Shown here: piece by piece, positions 63,968 through 64,000 of the stretch
How the letters are laid out: each line of letters opens with the position of its first letter
Numbering within the stretch: position 1 is the first letter of the stretch
Assembly (NCBI GenBank): GCA_016875635.1
Contig: VGPD01000004.1
Span: forward strand, 5,286-69,285
DNA from: Chloroflexota bacterium
GTDB lineage: Bacteria > Chloroflexota > Dehalococcoidia > UBA2979
Direction of reading: 5' to 3'
Length of the DNA stretch: 64,000 nt
Position numbers and translations under genes: made by a program
Notes under the pieces: generated by a model
The model's input: only the letters and a program-made list of their open reading frames with translations
Database searches by the model: none
Told to the model about the DNA's origin: nothing

Positions 63968-64000
63968 GACGAAGGTGGGGGTCTGCTGTTCGGGGTCACG

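Overview
This is a high-GC (about 70% G+C), gene-dense bacterial chromosomal segment with strong GC3 codon bias. Coding covers roughly 90% of both strands. I found no rRNA, CRISPR array, transposase or integrase. The gene content (system I cytochrome c maturation, a caa3-type oxidase with Bacillus-like CtaF/CtaG, and LigD) fits an aerobic high-GC lineage such as Thermomicrobia/Chloroflexota-like or Deinococcus-Thermus-like, but I cannot assign a genus.

The dominant theme is respiration and cofactor handling:
- A complete minus-strand cytochrome c maturation operon (ccmG-E-F-H, two unknown genes, ccmA-B-C-D), translationally coupled into heme O synthase ctaB (445..8440).
- A divergent caa3 oxidase cluster ctaC(coxB)-ctaD-ctaE-ctaF (8679..12637), faced by two tandem CtaG assembly-factor paralogs (12708..14541).
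- Housekeeping genes: nadE, folP, pth-mfd, trxB, pyrE-like, ggt, split ADP-forming acetyl-CoA synthetase, cysteine desulfurase.
- A three-domain LigD with no Ku gene in the window.
- A xanthine-dehydrogenase-family molybdoenzyme operon (FAD / 2Fe-2S / molybdopterin subunits) followed by a MoaD-like sulfur carrier.
- One tRNA-Pro(GGG).
- An orphan NuoI-like / NuoG(FdsA)-like pair next to a MobA/MocA-NifU-NDUFAF7-like cluster.

The most unusual observations are:
- Two uncharacterised envelope proteins sitting where CcmI would be expected in the ccm operon.
- A three-piece signalling module (PAS / GAF-HisKA without any ATPase domain / pseudo-receiver with Asp to Ser) joined by GTGA and CTGA overlaps.
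- A frameshifted MFS transporter next to the tRNA.
- A slightly lower-GC islet with an excisionase-family HTH gene followed by a perfect 20-bp inverted repeat.
- A 484-aa orphan protein.
- A 512-bp repeat-rich leader upstream of pth.

Everything is called from the sequence and the supplied ORF translations alone. No database searches were run.
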